Below are positions 1 to 15,625 of a stretch of 64,000 nucleotides of DNA, in pieces. Source of the DNA: the human T2T-CHM13v2.0 reference genome, Homo sapiens; the NCBI RefSeq assembly GCF_009914755.1, contig NC_060926.1; one strand, given 5' to 3'. The notes under the pieces are model-generated. The model was not told where the DNA came from and made no database searches. It saw only the letters and a list, made by a program, of their open reading frames with translations. Within the stretch, counting starts at the first letter, position 1; each line of letters starts with the position of its first letter. Both the position numbers and the translations under genes were made by a program.

Positions 1-149
1 TCAGCAATCAAGCACTCAACATTAAAAAAAAATTGGCCACATGGTAGGTGTCTTAGAGTTTTAAGAGAGTATGTAGAAATGAACAAGACACACACGACTT
101 CTGTCCTCACTAGAGTCCAGATAGTCTATCTTACACATACACTAAAAAA

Positions 150-460
150 CCTCATCAGGATTATACTCTATTTCAAATCCTTCAACAACTCTCCATTGCT
201 TGAAGAACAAATGCCAATTTTCTTTCTATGACATTCCAGCTCCTCCTTTTACATTTTCAGCTTTATCTCTCACCAGTCTTCTGTATGCGTCCCAACCTAT
301 GAGCCACATTCAATTACTCACTGTTCCCCATGCTCATCATGTAATTTTATTGCTCTAGGTCTTTGCACAGGGTGCCCCTTCTGTCTGAAATGCCAGTTGC
401 CAGTCACTTCATCTCTTTCTGGCAAATGCTTAATCATTATTCAAAATTTCTGAATGAATA
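150..460 (+). mobile_element. L2 LINE fragment (degenerate)
   Basis: L2-type motif ctttgcacagggtgccccttctgtctgaaatgcc and a tgaatgaat-like 3' end; boundaries approximate. Confidence 0.5.
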
Positions 461-619
461 AAAAAGAAAGAGAAGTTGAAAAGGAGTAAAGGGAAATACA
501 TACATTCTCTTTCCAGTACATTATTCTTCAGAATTCTGGTTGTCATCTAGACAATAGGTTTTTCCACTGCTCACTCACTCATTCAATCAATCAATGTATT
601 TTAAAAACTATGAATTCCC

Positions 620-1075
620 TCAAAGATGACCACCAACACTTCTTCCCATCCTAGAACTCATTGACCTCTCCTTCCTTCCAGAGGTGGACTCTATTTCACT
701 TCCACTTAAATCTAGGCTGGCTTTGACAAACGGAATGCAGCGAACATGACACCATGCCAGTCCTGGGCCCAACTTGTAAAAGGCTTGGCAGCTTGAGCTT
801 CGCTCTCTTGGAACCCAGCCTCCATACACTAGGGAAGCCTATCTAAGCTAATGGAAGAAGAGGTAGACCATGTGGAGAACTGATGTGCAGCCAACAGCCG
901 ACACTGTCTGACAGATATATGAAGGAGACCATCTTGGACTTCCCAGCCCCGGCTCAGCTCCCAGCTCAGTGCAGGACTGCTTATCAACTCGCAGAATCAC
1001 GAGAAACAAGAAAGTATTGTTGTTTTAAGCTGCTAAATTTGGGGGTATTTTGTTATGTAGCAACAGATTGAAACA
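620..1075 (+). mobile_element. MLT1-family MaLR solo LTR (MLT1F/G/H-like)
   Basis: Typical MLT1 3' end ttgttgttttaagctgctaaatttgggggtattttgttatgtagcaacagattgaaaca; internal gaggtggactctatttc...ctttgac motif. Confidence 0.75.
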
Positions 1076-2354
1076 TTATGCCAGTCACAAAAGATAAAAG
1101 GTAGAAGTATATATTCTAAAATAACTCACTAACTAGCAGAAGATATGAGTGTATAAATATTTAATGACATATTACAAACACAGGTATAAGAATTACAGAA
1201 ACTGTCTTATTACTAACCTATTTTTTGGTGGAAAATATTAAGACATATTTTTCTTTACAGTGGTGAGAAATTAAAAACAAACAAATAAACTAATGAGATG
1301 GCCCATAGACCAGTAAAGAGGTTTCTTGGAAGAATCCTATAGGTTTTCAGATCCATCTTCTTTCATTATTAAATAACCATGATAACATGAGTCTGAAAAT
1401 TCCTTGTTAATTTTCATTTGGCAATGTGAGAAGGCAAAAAGAATTGTGAGATAATTTCTCATTTTCTGTCTTGCAGTTTTTCCAGAGGCCTCCAAATTAG
1501 TTTTTTATTAAATGATTATTAATATTTCCAGTCAAGTCCTCTGGTGCCATATGGAAGTTTTACTTTTTATTCAGTACATATGTGAAAGTCTGGACTGTAC
1601 AGAGTAGGAAAAAATCATTTCTCAGCTGGCATTGTCTTCCCCAGAGAATGTGTTGTTCTCAAAGCTAGTGCATCATGTTAAGTACCATCTTTTTCTCAAT
1701 ACTGTGCTGGTCATGAAGATGGAAGAAGAGGTGAGTTAAATATTCTAGAAAAACACATCTGCAAAACTATCAGCAGATTTATCTGCCAGAAAGGGCTTTC
1801 CCATGCACCTTTCCATACCATTTCAAGAACGGAAAGGCAGAGGATGGAATAAGAGAAGGAATCCAAAGTATGTCAAGGTTCTTTTATGGATTTTTCGTTG
1901 TTGTTGTAGCCAGGATTAAATGACCTGTTATTACTATTAAAAAAAATCCAAACAAGCAGGCAGTCAAAGACATATTTAAGTTGCAAAGTATCAACATGTT
2001 GCTTCCCTACTTATCTCATATTGCTTTTTTTCTCTCTCTCTTTACTATTAAAAGCCTTCAAAATTTAAACTTACTACTTACTCAGAAGGAATTAAAATCT
2101 GTTTTTGCCACACACAAAGTTTGAAAGGATTTTAGATCTTGTGAGGCTGTTTAATAGATTTAATTAAATTAGAATTTTACACGTTAAACCATAATTTTTA
2201 AAAAGACTAATAAAGATAAGACTTTTTTCATATTGGGAAAAAGAAATCGTCTCCTGTAGCACAGCTACAGGGGAATAGTGTGTCTCCATAGTATCAGTGG
2301 CTTTGCTGCAAAACAAACTCCTAACATTTGGTAGCTTAAAGCAACAATTCTTTA

Positions 2355-2660
2355 GGCCAGGCATGGTGGCTCACACCTGTAATCCCAGCACTTTGGGAGG
2401 CTGAGTCAGGGGTGACCCAGGAATTAAAGTCCAGCCTAGGCAATATAGTAATACCACATCTCTATTAAAAAATACAAAAATTAGCCAGGCATGGTGGTGC
2501 ATGCCTATAGTTCCAGGTACGAGGGAAGCTGAGGTAGGAGGATTGCTGAAGCCTGGGAGGTCAAGGCTGCAGTGAGCTGTGATTGTGCCACTGCATACCA
2601 GCCTGTGTGACAGAAAGGGATCCTGTCTCAAAAAACAAAAAAAAAAAACCAAAAACAGAA
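2355..2660 (+). mobile_element. AluJ SINE, full length
   Basis: Starts ggccaggcatggtggctcacacctgtaatcccagc; J-type gaggtcaaggctgcagtgagctgtgattg; A-tail; TSD aacaattcttta (before) and aacagttcttta (2661-2672). Confidence 0.95.
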
Positions 2661-3069
2661 AACAGTTCTTTAAGAGTTGACTTATGTGGATCAGTAAGTT
2701 GAGCTGGGCTCAGCTGGGCAGTCCTTCTTGCCTAGGCTTATTTTATTTATACAGTTGCATTCAGATGATGGGTTCTTGGAGGGCTAGTAGGTCTTGGATG
2801 GGCTCACACACATCTCTGGCATTTGGTAAGTTGTTGATATGTAACAATATTTCTCCCCTGTGACTGTGACTGATGGTTGGCTTTGTGTCAACTGGGTGAT
2901 ACCTATACATACCCTTCATTATCCAACAGTTATTTCATGATCAAAAACAAAACAAAACAAACACCTTTTCAAACTTTTGCTTGTATCATGTTTTCTAGTT
3001 TCCCACTGGCCAAAGAAATTCATAAGGATAAATTAATAGTCAATATTCAATGGGTGGAGAAAGAAATAG

Positions 3070-3394
<325 letters not shown>

Positions 3395-3776
3395 TGATGA
3401 GAGGAACATCAAAGAATTTGTGGTCACTTTCTATATTTGAACAGAATACTTACTACTTTCCTCCATATTTTCACATCTAATTATAAAACATAAATACCTA
3501 GAATTTGTTTTACACCCAGCATGTTTCTTATTATGTGACAAACAATTCTCTGTGTATTACCATATGTCATTTTCACAGTGTCATCCGGTATTAAATGGTG
3601 AAACTAAATGACAGAAAGTAAGTTGCCTACTATCGGTGAAGTCAGTATCCTAAATCATGAAGTCCAAATCTAAAGTTCATTTTCTTAACCAGGACTCTAT
3701 ACGGAGGATGAATTATTTCTCTTTATAGTAAGATACAAATTAAACACTACTAATATCACAAGAGTATTGGAGGTAA

Positions 3777-3952
3777 CTATTTAGTTAATTCTAAGATGCA
3801 TGTTTTCACACTTTAATGTGTCCAAAATTAATCTTTTATATGCTGGCATGTCATCATGTAGTCAGTAGTGGTACTTTTTTATTTCTTAATGGTATATAAA
3901 ATAATGGTGCATCTTGCAATCTATACTATCTTACATTCAATAAACATGATAG
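3777..3952. mobile_element. Ancient TcMar/Tigger-like MITE
   Basis: Degenerate terminal inverted repeats ctatttagttaattctaagatg ... tcttacattcaataaacatgatag; internal ggtgcatcttgcaatc. Confidence 0.5.
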
Positions 3953-4876
3953 CATTATCTTATGCTACTTAGTTAATTTATAGCATTGATATATTCAGCA
4001 GCAAAGAGACATTTAGCAAAGAAAGCTCAGTATAAGCCCAGTGGCTTAGACACTGCTTAGTTTACACTAAATTATTAATAGAATTTATTATATGCCCAAG
4101 TATTGGCATTTCTTTGCATTTTATAATAAATGACATCATTATAGAATGAAAATATTAGTTTTTTCAATATGTTGTTATATAAAGCCAAGCAAGTTTCCAG
4201 AAAAAGCACTTTTACAAACATATCATAGGTTATCTGTCTCTTTTATACACATCAGTGGTTTATCCACTAAACATTTTGTTCATTTAAAATATTTAATGAA
4301 AACTCAATACATAAAACTAATGAACTAAAAACTGCACTATTTAGTTAGAGTTTAGCGATTATTTGGGAGGATATCAACAACACATACATGCAATTCAAAG
4401 AGGAAAATGATTAGGATTGGGATATATGAAGTTCAATTTTCATTTGAAATCTTCTTAGCTTGAACAAATGACTTTACTGTTATGCTGTAATCTCTTCATA
4501 TGTAATATCTGTGGCTAATGGTACCTGACCCTTAGTTTCAATGTCTGCTAAACAATCAGCAAGTATTAACTATTTTTATTATTATTGGCAACTACCTTCC
4601 TCTTTATAAGAGCTGCTAGGAGGAGTGTCTGAAGGTAGAGTTTCTAAACTATGGAGTGACATCTTTTAAAGTTAAGATTTTTGAATCACAGTACCATAAC
4701 CAAGCCAACAATATCAGTAAGATTATTAAGTGGATGCTATATACTAAGCAGATAATGACTCTGTGCTATGTAGAAGAAAAATAAGTAAAACATAGACATT
4801 GCCTCAAGAGGCTTATAGTAGCTTAAGTTGTAGGCACAATGTCTTTGAAGTAATGATCTGATAACCATACGGCCAG

Positions 4877-5243
4877 TGATGTGGTTTGGCTCTGTGTCCC
4901 CACCAATGTCTCATCTTGTAGTTCCCACAATTCCCATGTGTGGTGGGAAGGACCCGATGGAAGATGTTCGAATTATGGGGGCGGGTCTTTCCTGTACTGT
5001 TCTCATGGTAGTGAATAAGTCTCATGAGATATGATGATTTGATAAGGGGAATGGGCTTGGTGCCCATTCTGTCTTTGCTTGCTGCCATCCATGTAAGACG
5101 TGACTTGCTCTTCCTTGCCTTCCTCCATGATTGTGAGGCTTCCCCAGCCACATGGAACTGTAAGTCCAATTAAACCTCTTTCTTTGGTAAACTGCCCAGT
5201 CTCAGGTATGTTTTTATCAGGAGCATGAAAATGAACTAATACA
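4877..5243 (+). repeat. THE1 5' LTR
   Basis: tgatgtggtttggctctgtgtcccc ... attaaacctctttc ... gaactaataca. Confidence 0.93.
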
Positions 5244-5270
5244 GTAAACTGGTACCAGTACAGTGGGACA

Positions 5271-6953
<1,683 letters not shown>

Positions 6954-7132
6954 CTTGCTTTTGATTTTACAGGCTTATAGGTAGAAGGGAATTGCCTTAT
7001 CTCAGATAAAACTTTGGAGTGTGGACTTTTGAGTTAATGCTGAAATGAGTTAAGACTTTGGGGGACTTTTGGGAAGGCATGATTGATTTTGAAATGTGAA
7101 GATATGAGATTCAAGAGGGGCCAGGGGCAGAA

Positions 7133-7506
7133 TGATGAGGTTTGGCTTTGTGTTTCTATGCAAATCTCATCTTACAGCTCCCATAATTCCCACATGTTAT
7201 GGGAGGGACCCCCGTGGGAGATGTTTGAATTATGGGGGCAAGTCTTTCCTGTACTGTTCTCATGGTAATGAATAAGTCTCAGGAGGTATGATGGTTTGAT
7301 AAGGGGAAATCCGTTTCTCTTGGTGCTCATTCTCTCTTTGCTTGCTGCCACCCATATAAGATGTGACTTGCTCTTCCTTGCCTTCCTCCATGATTGTGAG
7401 GCTTCCCCAGCCACGTGGAACTATAAGTACAATTAAACCTCTTTCTTTTGTAAACTGCCCAGTCTCAGGTATGTCTTTATCAGCAGTATGAAAACAGACT
7501 AATACG
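7133..7506 (+). repeat. THE1 3' LTR
   Basis: tgatgaggtttggc ... aaaacagactaatacg; direct-repeat copy of 4877-5243. Confidence 0.93.
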
Positions 7507-8382
7507 GCCAGCCTCACAGATTCAAAATGATCACCTGGAGGCAAGTTATAGTGGTAGTGGTAGTGATAGGGTAAGGGTGTAAGAGTCAGCCCACTTGATG
7601 TCATTTTCCCTTTACCTATACATTTTCCCCTTTGCTGCACAAATTGCAATTTTGACTTTTTCTATTTATGTTTCTTGGTAGAAAAAAAAAAAAGCTAACA
7701 TAATTGACTTCTTCCTGCTGCAACTTTCAATCTGAAAGTCAAACATTGTTTCAGAGAAAAATAATCCTCACCAGTTTTACACAATATATTCATCAGAAAG
7801 GTCCTGGCCACATCAATTAACAGCAGGGGATGAGATCAGGACTTTGGGGTTGATCCCGGAAAATGGTCCTTCACAAAATGTTACGTTGTTCTTAGTGACA
7901 ATTAACTTAGCGGAGCACTTTAATGAAAGTGCAAACAAGGTCAATCTGCAGTTGGTTCTTTCTCCTCCATTAAATGACACATCGTACCTATATTTCAAAA
8001 TTATGCATAGGAAGTAGCAGGCTCTTGAATGCATTCCAATTATATCACAGACCAGGCGTTAAAGCACATTGCTATTAAGCTCAAACCATGAGCTAAAATC
8101 ACAGTACATAAAAGTCAGAGACTTTCCTATAGATATGTAATACATGGCATAATCTTTTTTCTTGTATTATACAGATAAAAGCAACCATCCTTCCAAGGCA
8201 ATCTGTTGGTGATAGCTGATGAAAATAGAAAATAAAAGTAAGACAACTTCTGTAAGTGAAGAGGGTATGAAACCTACAAACCCATAGTGAAAGACACTGG
8301 AAGGAGTGACCTTTGAGGAACCAGGAAGCTGAGAAAGTACCTTTCTTGGTTTAATTACTGTACACCATGCAGGCATCTATTA

Positions 8383-8752
<370 letters not shown>

Positions 8753-9653
8753 ATCATCACATTTCATTATAGTTGGACAATATATTTTATATACTTCCCT
8801 AGACTGAGTCTTGAAGTTTAAGACCTAAGATTTTCTACTCTGGATACTGTCACAGTACCTAACACAGAATAGGTACTTGGTGGGTATCTGCTGAGTGAAG
8901 GAAGCTATACATAAAGTGAGTCATGTCTTTTCCCTTAACGCTCTCTAAAGGCTTATTTTCTCCATTCATTGTTTAATGTCCTCCTAAGTTTTTGTGTTAG
9001 GGATTAAATATCAGTGGCAAGTCTGAGAGAAGTGTAGGGTAGAGAGGACAAAGTACAGTAAGGAGGCAATAACTAGCAGCTAGAAGAACACAGGAAGGAC
9101 CTTGGCCGAGGTTCTGCAGATTTGGTCTACTTGGAGGACGTACACTTGGAGGACCCTTAAGACAGACCCTGAGTATGCAGAGAAAGGTGATGGGCAATGT
9201 AACTGAAGAATCCACTCCCCTTTCTTTGCTTGCCTAGAGCTCTGCATGACGTGGCCTCATTTGGATGGCACCTGATTGTCAGCCCAGTGTATTCCTCCTC
9301 TCAGATGTTTAAAAAGCCTCTACAATGGAACATTATCCAAGTTCAGGTGTATTCAATCTGATTCTTATATTCTTCATTCATATTTATAGCCTCCTGCTTT
9401 AAGATTCCATTTTAAGACAGAATCCTGTGTCTTACTCAAGCCACTGACTTCAGAATTTCTTTTACACTTTTCCCACCTCCAAAGGGTTAAATTAAAGTCT
9501 CTTTGGAAAACAGTTCTGAGAAAAATGATCAGTGCTCAATTTCCTGTTTTATCCATGGCTACATGCTGGATTTACATAACTGAAAACATCAATAAACTGT
9601 CAATTATGGTAAATGAATATTAGCTTTTCACTACACAATAATCCAAGACCTAT

Positions 9654-9705
9654 AAGTTTAAGAGTATTAGGAAATCAGAAAGTTTAAGAGTATTAGGAAA
9701 TCAGA
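9654..9705. repeat. Perfect 26-bp tandem duplication
   Basis: aagtttaagagtattaggaaatcaga x2. Confidence 0.97.
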
Positions 9706-10119
9706 GGTTGAGTTTTGGATCTTCCCCATGAGCTCATCTTCAATTTAGGTTAAATATATGCCCAGGGATTAGGGGTAGCCTGGACAAATGGGCACATTGG
9801 TATTGTAGGCAATCTCTCATCTGCAAACCAGGTATTGAGCTGGATAGAAATGCCTGCACGTGGCCAGCCTTTATTGTACCCTCGTCTCTAGGAAAATAAG
9901 GACTTCAATAAAATAAGTACATTTTATTCATTACTTTATGCTACTGCCCTATTTCTCAATTTCAGAGACAGTTGTTTTACAAATATGGCCCTTTTCCATT
10001 ATAACCCTTCTAAGTTAACTTCTTTTAAGTTTACCACATCCCCCTACTACAATATCAGCCAGTCCTTAATCCTTATTAGCTGAATAAGCAAATGAAGAAG
10101 GAAAATGTTACAGTGGAAG

Positions 10120-10420
10120 CAATGAATCAGTCAGTTCCCAAATACTTACTAAATACCTATTAATTAAAAAACCATCTCTACCCTCATGGGACCTGGAGTC
10201 TTAAAAAGAGGCAGGCAGGCACAGTGGTGGGAAGAGACAGAAGGCAAGAAGAGATAAGTAAACAACATAAGTTTATCAAGTGATAAATGATACAAGAAAA
10301 TGAATTTTGATGCTGTTACAAAGTGTGACAAGGGAGATGGGGTGCTTCTTTACATAAGATGATCAAAGAAGTCCTCTTTTAACCCTAAGATGATCTGAGA
10401 AAGAATATTCCAACCAAAGG
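10120..10420 (-). mobile_element. L2 fragment
   Basis: Antisense L2 3' motifs (aaatacttactaaatacctat, ctaccctcatggg, gatcaaagaagtcctct). Confidence 0.45.
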
Positions 10421-10859
10421 GTCAGGACTTAAAAGACTGAGTCAGGACTCAAAGAATGAGTGAGCTTAACAGTGTGTATTAATGAAAGACACAGTCTTTA
10501 CCCTCCCAGAGCTTATAAGCTTCTCCTCATTCCCACTAACTGGATTCCCTTTTGTACATGGCTGCAGCAATTAGATCTTGCCTTGCTGCTAGGTTTCCTT
10601 GATTTCTGATCCATTCTTACTAATCATTTAGAAAAACTGCATCAGATGAACAACAGTCTGATTTTCTCTGTCCCTGGAAGTGGGGAGAGGGCATAGCAAA
10701 TGGCATTTCTAACGGCAGTTCAGGGTGGAGAGCCACTGTGAAAGGCATTTCAGTTATTTCAACAGAACTACTTCTATCTATCCTCCTAAGACAGGTCTGA
10801 AAATCAAAATCATGCTGGGCTTGCTGTTAGCCAAAGTTGAATTTAACTGATGGGATGTT

Positions 10860-11270
10860 TTTCATTTATTCATTGATTCACACGTGTTTTCATCAGGCAT
10901 TTATTTAGTGTACCAAACATTATTCTGGAAAGTTGAAATACACAGATAAGTGGAATATTGCTCTTTCCTTGTAGAGGTGCACAAACAAGTCTAGGGATAG
11001 ACAGAAAGCACAAATCACAGCAATGTTATTTGTGCTCTGAGAGGTTTGCAGCAGTTGAAGAGATTTGCACATAAGCATAAGTATTTAATTCAGCCTGGAG
11101 AGGTTAAGACAGTTTCCTGAAAGAGGTGATGCTTGACTTGAGACTTGAAGGTTGAAGACAAGTTTGTTAGGTGGGTAAAGATGTGGGAAGGGATAGAGAT
11201 ACTATAGAAAAATAATGTCATTAGGATTGCTGGTGTGAGCATGCATAGTGTGTTCAGGGAGCTGAAAGCC
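10860..11270 (-). mobile_element. L2 fragment
   Basis: ttcatttattcattgattca at the start; agtttcctgaaagaggtgatgcttgacttgagacttgaagg. Confidence 0.65.
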
Positions 11271-11564
11271 TATCTACAAGAAGCAAGAAAACTTAGTGAA
11301 ATAGGAGGAGGCCATGGCCTCAAAGGCCAGTTTCCTGTAGCCAGCATTTTTTTCACTAATTTGCTCTAACAGTTTGATATATTTAAGACAGTCATTTCAT
11401 TAATGTTCTAGTCTTGCCTGGGTTTGGCAGAGAGTCTCTTTATTATTGAGTCTAACAGTCTCTTGTCCTTTCTGCTGTCCCAAAAGACAGAACGTGCCTC
11501 CGGTTGCCAGGGAACATAGAAAGTGCTCACCAGCCATTATCTCATATTCTGACCGTGCAAAGTG

Positions 11565-11690
11565 GTTGCCATTCTGAGAATGGAGGTGAGGAAACTGAGG
11601 CTCAAGGGTGAAACTGCCTTGCCTAAGGTCACACACCTAGGAACTGACATGGTTATGATTCAATTTCAAACCTGGTGCTCATCCTCTAAC
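11565..11690 (-). mobile_element. MIR SINE
   Basis: Antisense core gaggaaactgaggctcaagggtgaaactgccttgcctaaggtcacaca. Confidence 0.8.
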
Positions 11691-11809
11691 ACTGGGACAA
11701 AGCTGGTTATAAATCATGCTGGCAGTCTATTGAGCCTGTGGTTTTGGCTGGTGTGAAGATGTTGAAGGAAGGTTTGTATTAAGATACTCTGTGGTTTTGG
11801 CACAAGAGC

Positions 11810-11945
11810 TATGGAAGCATATGGGCCCCTGGAGAGGTTAGCAATATGAGCAAGAAATAACAGGATGAGATTCAACTGGAAAAATGCTAACGAATACATC
11901 TGGAGACAAACAAGCAGAAACACACATGGTTAATGGGAAGCAGAG
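11810..11945 (+). mobile_element. CR1/L3 LINE reverse-transcriptase fragment
   Basis: With one frameshift, translates to LERLAI*ARNNRMRFNW/KC*RIHLETNKQKHTWLMG, resembling the CR1 ORF2 post-RT motif LxxWxxxNxMxFNxxKCxVLHLG. Confidence 0.5.
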
Positions 11946-13304
11946 CAGCAGGGACAATGAGGGTTTGGAGAAAGTGGACATTTTATCATAAAGACATTGC
12001 CAAGAGGAGACGGGAGCAGGCGAGAAGAATTCACTTGGGCTGTGGACAAAAAGGCCTCATCGAACCAAGGAGAGAAAGAAAAGGCCTTTGGCATGCTTGA
12101 TGTTTTGGATCTGCAGTGCCATTTTCACTTTGGGTCCTCGTATTTTAAACAGAAGCCAACCAATGCTGCGGAATTCAGAAAAGAGAATCACACACATAAT
12201 TTAATACCAGAGCGGATGAACTCAAGAGGAACAAACAAACAAGCAAATAAGATCATCTTACATCTCTACAATCCTGAAAAAGGCAGCAGCAAAAAAGGGC
12301 TGAAGTGAAAATGCTCAAAAATGGAGGAGTGGGCAGGTAGCATGGCTCATAGCGGTATAACTTACAGCACTAGCTACCTGCAGTTACTTGATCTTCTGCT
12401 AAAGTCCTCTCATTGGGAACACTGTCTCCTAAAATGTGGCGGCTCCAAGCCTGAAGTCCAGAACTAACACTGTGAAGACTGATTTCATGCTGTCAGAGGA
12501 CAGGGGCTCTGGACCTCAGAGGGCATCCTGTTGCATTGCTCTCAGTCTTATTTGATAATCACTCATGAATGATACCTATGGATACCTTGTGGTGTTTATT
12601 CTAGATGTAATACAACAGACTTTAATTCCTGAGCTAAATTCATGGGGCAGGAAAATAACACCATTTCTCAGTTTTCATGCCATTTTCTTCTCTTTTTTGT
12701 CATCAGACACTGGGTGGATTATAAATGACCTGAGTGTGCTGTCTTAGTAATTCCTCAACCAAATGTTGTTTTCCAATAACCATCTATCTTCTAAAGTGTC
12801 TCTCCCATTATCTTTTTCCTAACTGTTTGAAACAGATGGTACTTTATACTTTAAATTCATGTCCAAGTCATTTCAACTAACACTGCCCTGTGATTTTGGA
12901 CTCTCTACCTTAGAGGAAAAAGCACATTCAAACTGTGATGTGTGCAAAAATGTGTTTGATTTTGTAGAGGAACAGAAGGTTCTAGAAATTTTGGTGCGTT
13001 GTGGCATGTGCCTCTGAGTAAACGAGGGTAATGTTCTTGGTGGAAATTCCCTGAGTGAACCCTACCAGTACTATGTTAAAATATGAGATTCCCAAATGGA
13101 ATGCTGGCATAGACTGATGTATCCTGTAACTGACATGAAATGAATTAAATCACCACCTGCTATAAGCATTCAGCATCTTCTCATTCATTTGAGGCTCTCA
13201 AAGGCAAGTGTCTCCCATTGAACATAAGAAGTACTTAATAAACATTTGCTGACTGAATAGATGAGTAACCTCAATGGTAAAGCACAGTTATTACTTTGTT
13301 AGTT

Positions 13305-13540
13305 TGGTACAATGAAGAGACCCAAGTTTGGACTTCAAGTCAGACAGACTACATTAAAATCTTCCCTTGTTATCTAACAATTGTGTGATTTCAGAATAGT
13401 AACTTCAATTTTATGTCCTTGATTTTTCTCATTTTTTTAAAAAAGGAAAGATTTTAGTTAACTCCTGGGGCTCTTGTGAAGATTAAATGCAAAATAGCAT
13501 ATTAGATGACTACTCTAATTCCTGGGGTATAGGAAAAATG
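13305..13540 (+). mobile_element. MIR SINE (degenerate)
   Basis: aagtcagacagact...tgtgtgatttcagaatagtaacttcaa...tttttctcattt...ttgtgaagattaaatg. Confidence 0.55.
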
Positions 13541-14799
13541 TACCAAAAGCTATTTTGCTGCTGCTTTGGGACCACACCAGTGACATTTTTCTGGCCAACA
13601 TCTCATGCCCTTAATTCATATCCATGGCCCAGAGCCCCAGAGCAACTTTCTTGAGGAAGTTTTTCTATATGGCTTTCCTAGAGCTTTCTCCAAGCTCTTT
13701 TGGCACTTTCTATCTGTACAACTCAGTCGGACACTATATATGTCTAACTTCTCATACCATAGTATTTATTGAATTGCTATTTCACAGATGGTGTGGATCA
13801 GTCATGTGTCCCAGTGTGAGAATTTGAGAACAGGGTTTGCAATAGGCTCATTCTATCACAATGCCAACTCCATGGGAGGTGCATGTAGATAAGCCCCACT
13901 GAACACAATACACCACTCTTAATCCTTTTGAGTTGGAGAATCTTCATTTTAAAATAAGGATATCATATGCAATCTATCTACTTTTTAGTCTGGTTATAAG
14001 AATCAAATGAGATAACACATATGGAAAAATTTTGTAATTCTTAAAGCTTTTATGGATGAATATAATTCTTCTCTTCTGATTATATCATCTTATTTGTTAC
14101 TTAACTACAATCTTAGGAGGCAAAAAGAAAAGATGCTTTCATACTTAATTTTGAAGAACTAAGCTTAGTTAGGTAGGCATCAGATCAAGAAAGCATAATT
14201 ACATAGGCAGTATCAAATTCCCTATATCCAAACATCTAGCTTCCTTATAACCAAACATCTTTGTGCTGTCCATGCTTCTAGTGACCATGTTATTGGAACA
14301 ATACATCAAGGTATGGGGTATTTTCTTAAAGACTGTGTCATCACAAAAAAGAGATATATATTGCATGCTCCTTCCTTCTCTTCAGCACCCAATGCATATC
14401 TCTATTAACAGACTCGTTATATTTTATTGAAAAGATCCATGAAGGCCTCCCAGCTGTGGCCCTAATATAATATTTATGAAAACATACACAAACAAACGTT
14501 ACCAAGTTAAAAAAAAAAAAGTGGAAACTTGAGATTTCTCAATGCTCTGCCAAAACCCTGGAGAAATTTTTACTAACCAAAGATCAGATAAAGTTTTCAG
14601 GAAATAAAAATGATCAGATGAAAGGGTCCGATGTGAAGATCTAGGAAAATGATCAACTTTCTGAGTTGTAGTTTTGATTTCTGCTTTATAGCAAGAGAAT
14701 AACTACAGAAAGCACCAAATTATTGAGAAATAAATATCCCCCTGTACCATCAGTTGATCAAACAGCAGAAGCAAGATTAATTCTAAATAGAGTCCATGC

Positions 14800-15015
14800 A
14801 TAGAAGTAAAATAGACCTAGATTTGCATGCCTACACCACTACCTAGTAGTGGTGCCCTTTGATAAATTTATTTCATATTTCTAAAATTCATATTTTTAAT
14901 CGGTAAAATGAGAATGATACTAGTGGCCCTTTTATGTAGCACCTATGAGAATACATGTGAAGTCCCTAACATAGTGACTAGAATAAGGGGAAGTTCAATA
15001 CATGATAGTCGTTAC
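14800..15015 (+). mobile_element. MIR SINE followed by a (TAT)n tail
   Basis: agacctagattt...gtaaaatgagaatgatactagt...catgtgaagtccctaacatagtg...ttcaata. Confidence 0.6.
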
Positions 15016-15056
15016 TCTTTATATTATTATTATTATTAATTATTATTATTATTAAA

Positions 15057-15625
15057 TGCTGGAGATTGTTGGTACTTCAGCATCCCCAAACCCTAACCCC
15101 GCAAAACATACTCTCAGGCATGTTCATGTGACCACATGCACGCACACACACACACACACGCACACGCACACACACGCACACACACACACACACACTTACT
15201 TTTGAACCTCACGAGGTCTGGAAGCCTAGAAAGTAATTTTCTCAGATTTCCTGGAGTTCTGACTTAGATCCTATCAATAAAAGCTGCCTACATACAATTA
15301 GGAAGACAAGAAAGAGAAGCCATTATTTTCTCCCTCCAGTGGCCTGTAGATGAGAGGGTAGCAAGAAAAAGTGGGGTTTAGAGAACTTTCTAGACCTGCT
15401 CCTGTGAGTCACTCACTCTGGTGCTTTGGTTCTTTGAGATTACGTGCAGAAATTCCTACAATTCCTGCATTTCCTAATTTCCACAAAGCCAGCTACTTGA
15501 ACTGACCTTGACTCTTGGCTTTCCCAGCTGTCTCAACGGTTTTATAAGCAGCTAACTTCCTATATTAAATTCTTCCTGCTTTAAATATCCAGAGTGACTT
15601 CTGTCCTCTAGACCACATCTTGTCT
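15057..15625 (+). mobile_element. ERVL LTR (LTR33/LTR16-like) containing a (CA)n repeat
   Basis: 3' end ttcctatattaaattcttcctgctttaaatatccagagtgacttctgtcc is typical of the LTR33/LTR16 group. Confidence 0.55.
15139..15195. repeat. (CA)n microsatellite with CG interruptions
   Basis: Read directly from the sequence. Confidence 0.95.

Noticed and set aside
14834-14854. Hairpin caccactac-cta-gtagtggtg
   Set aside because: A 9-bp stem inside a MIR, too short for a pre-miRNA, and there is no terminator context in a eukaryote.
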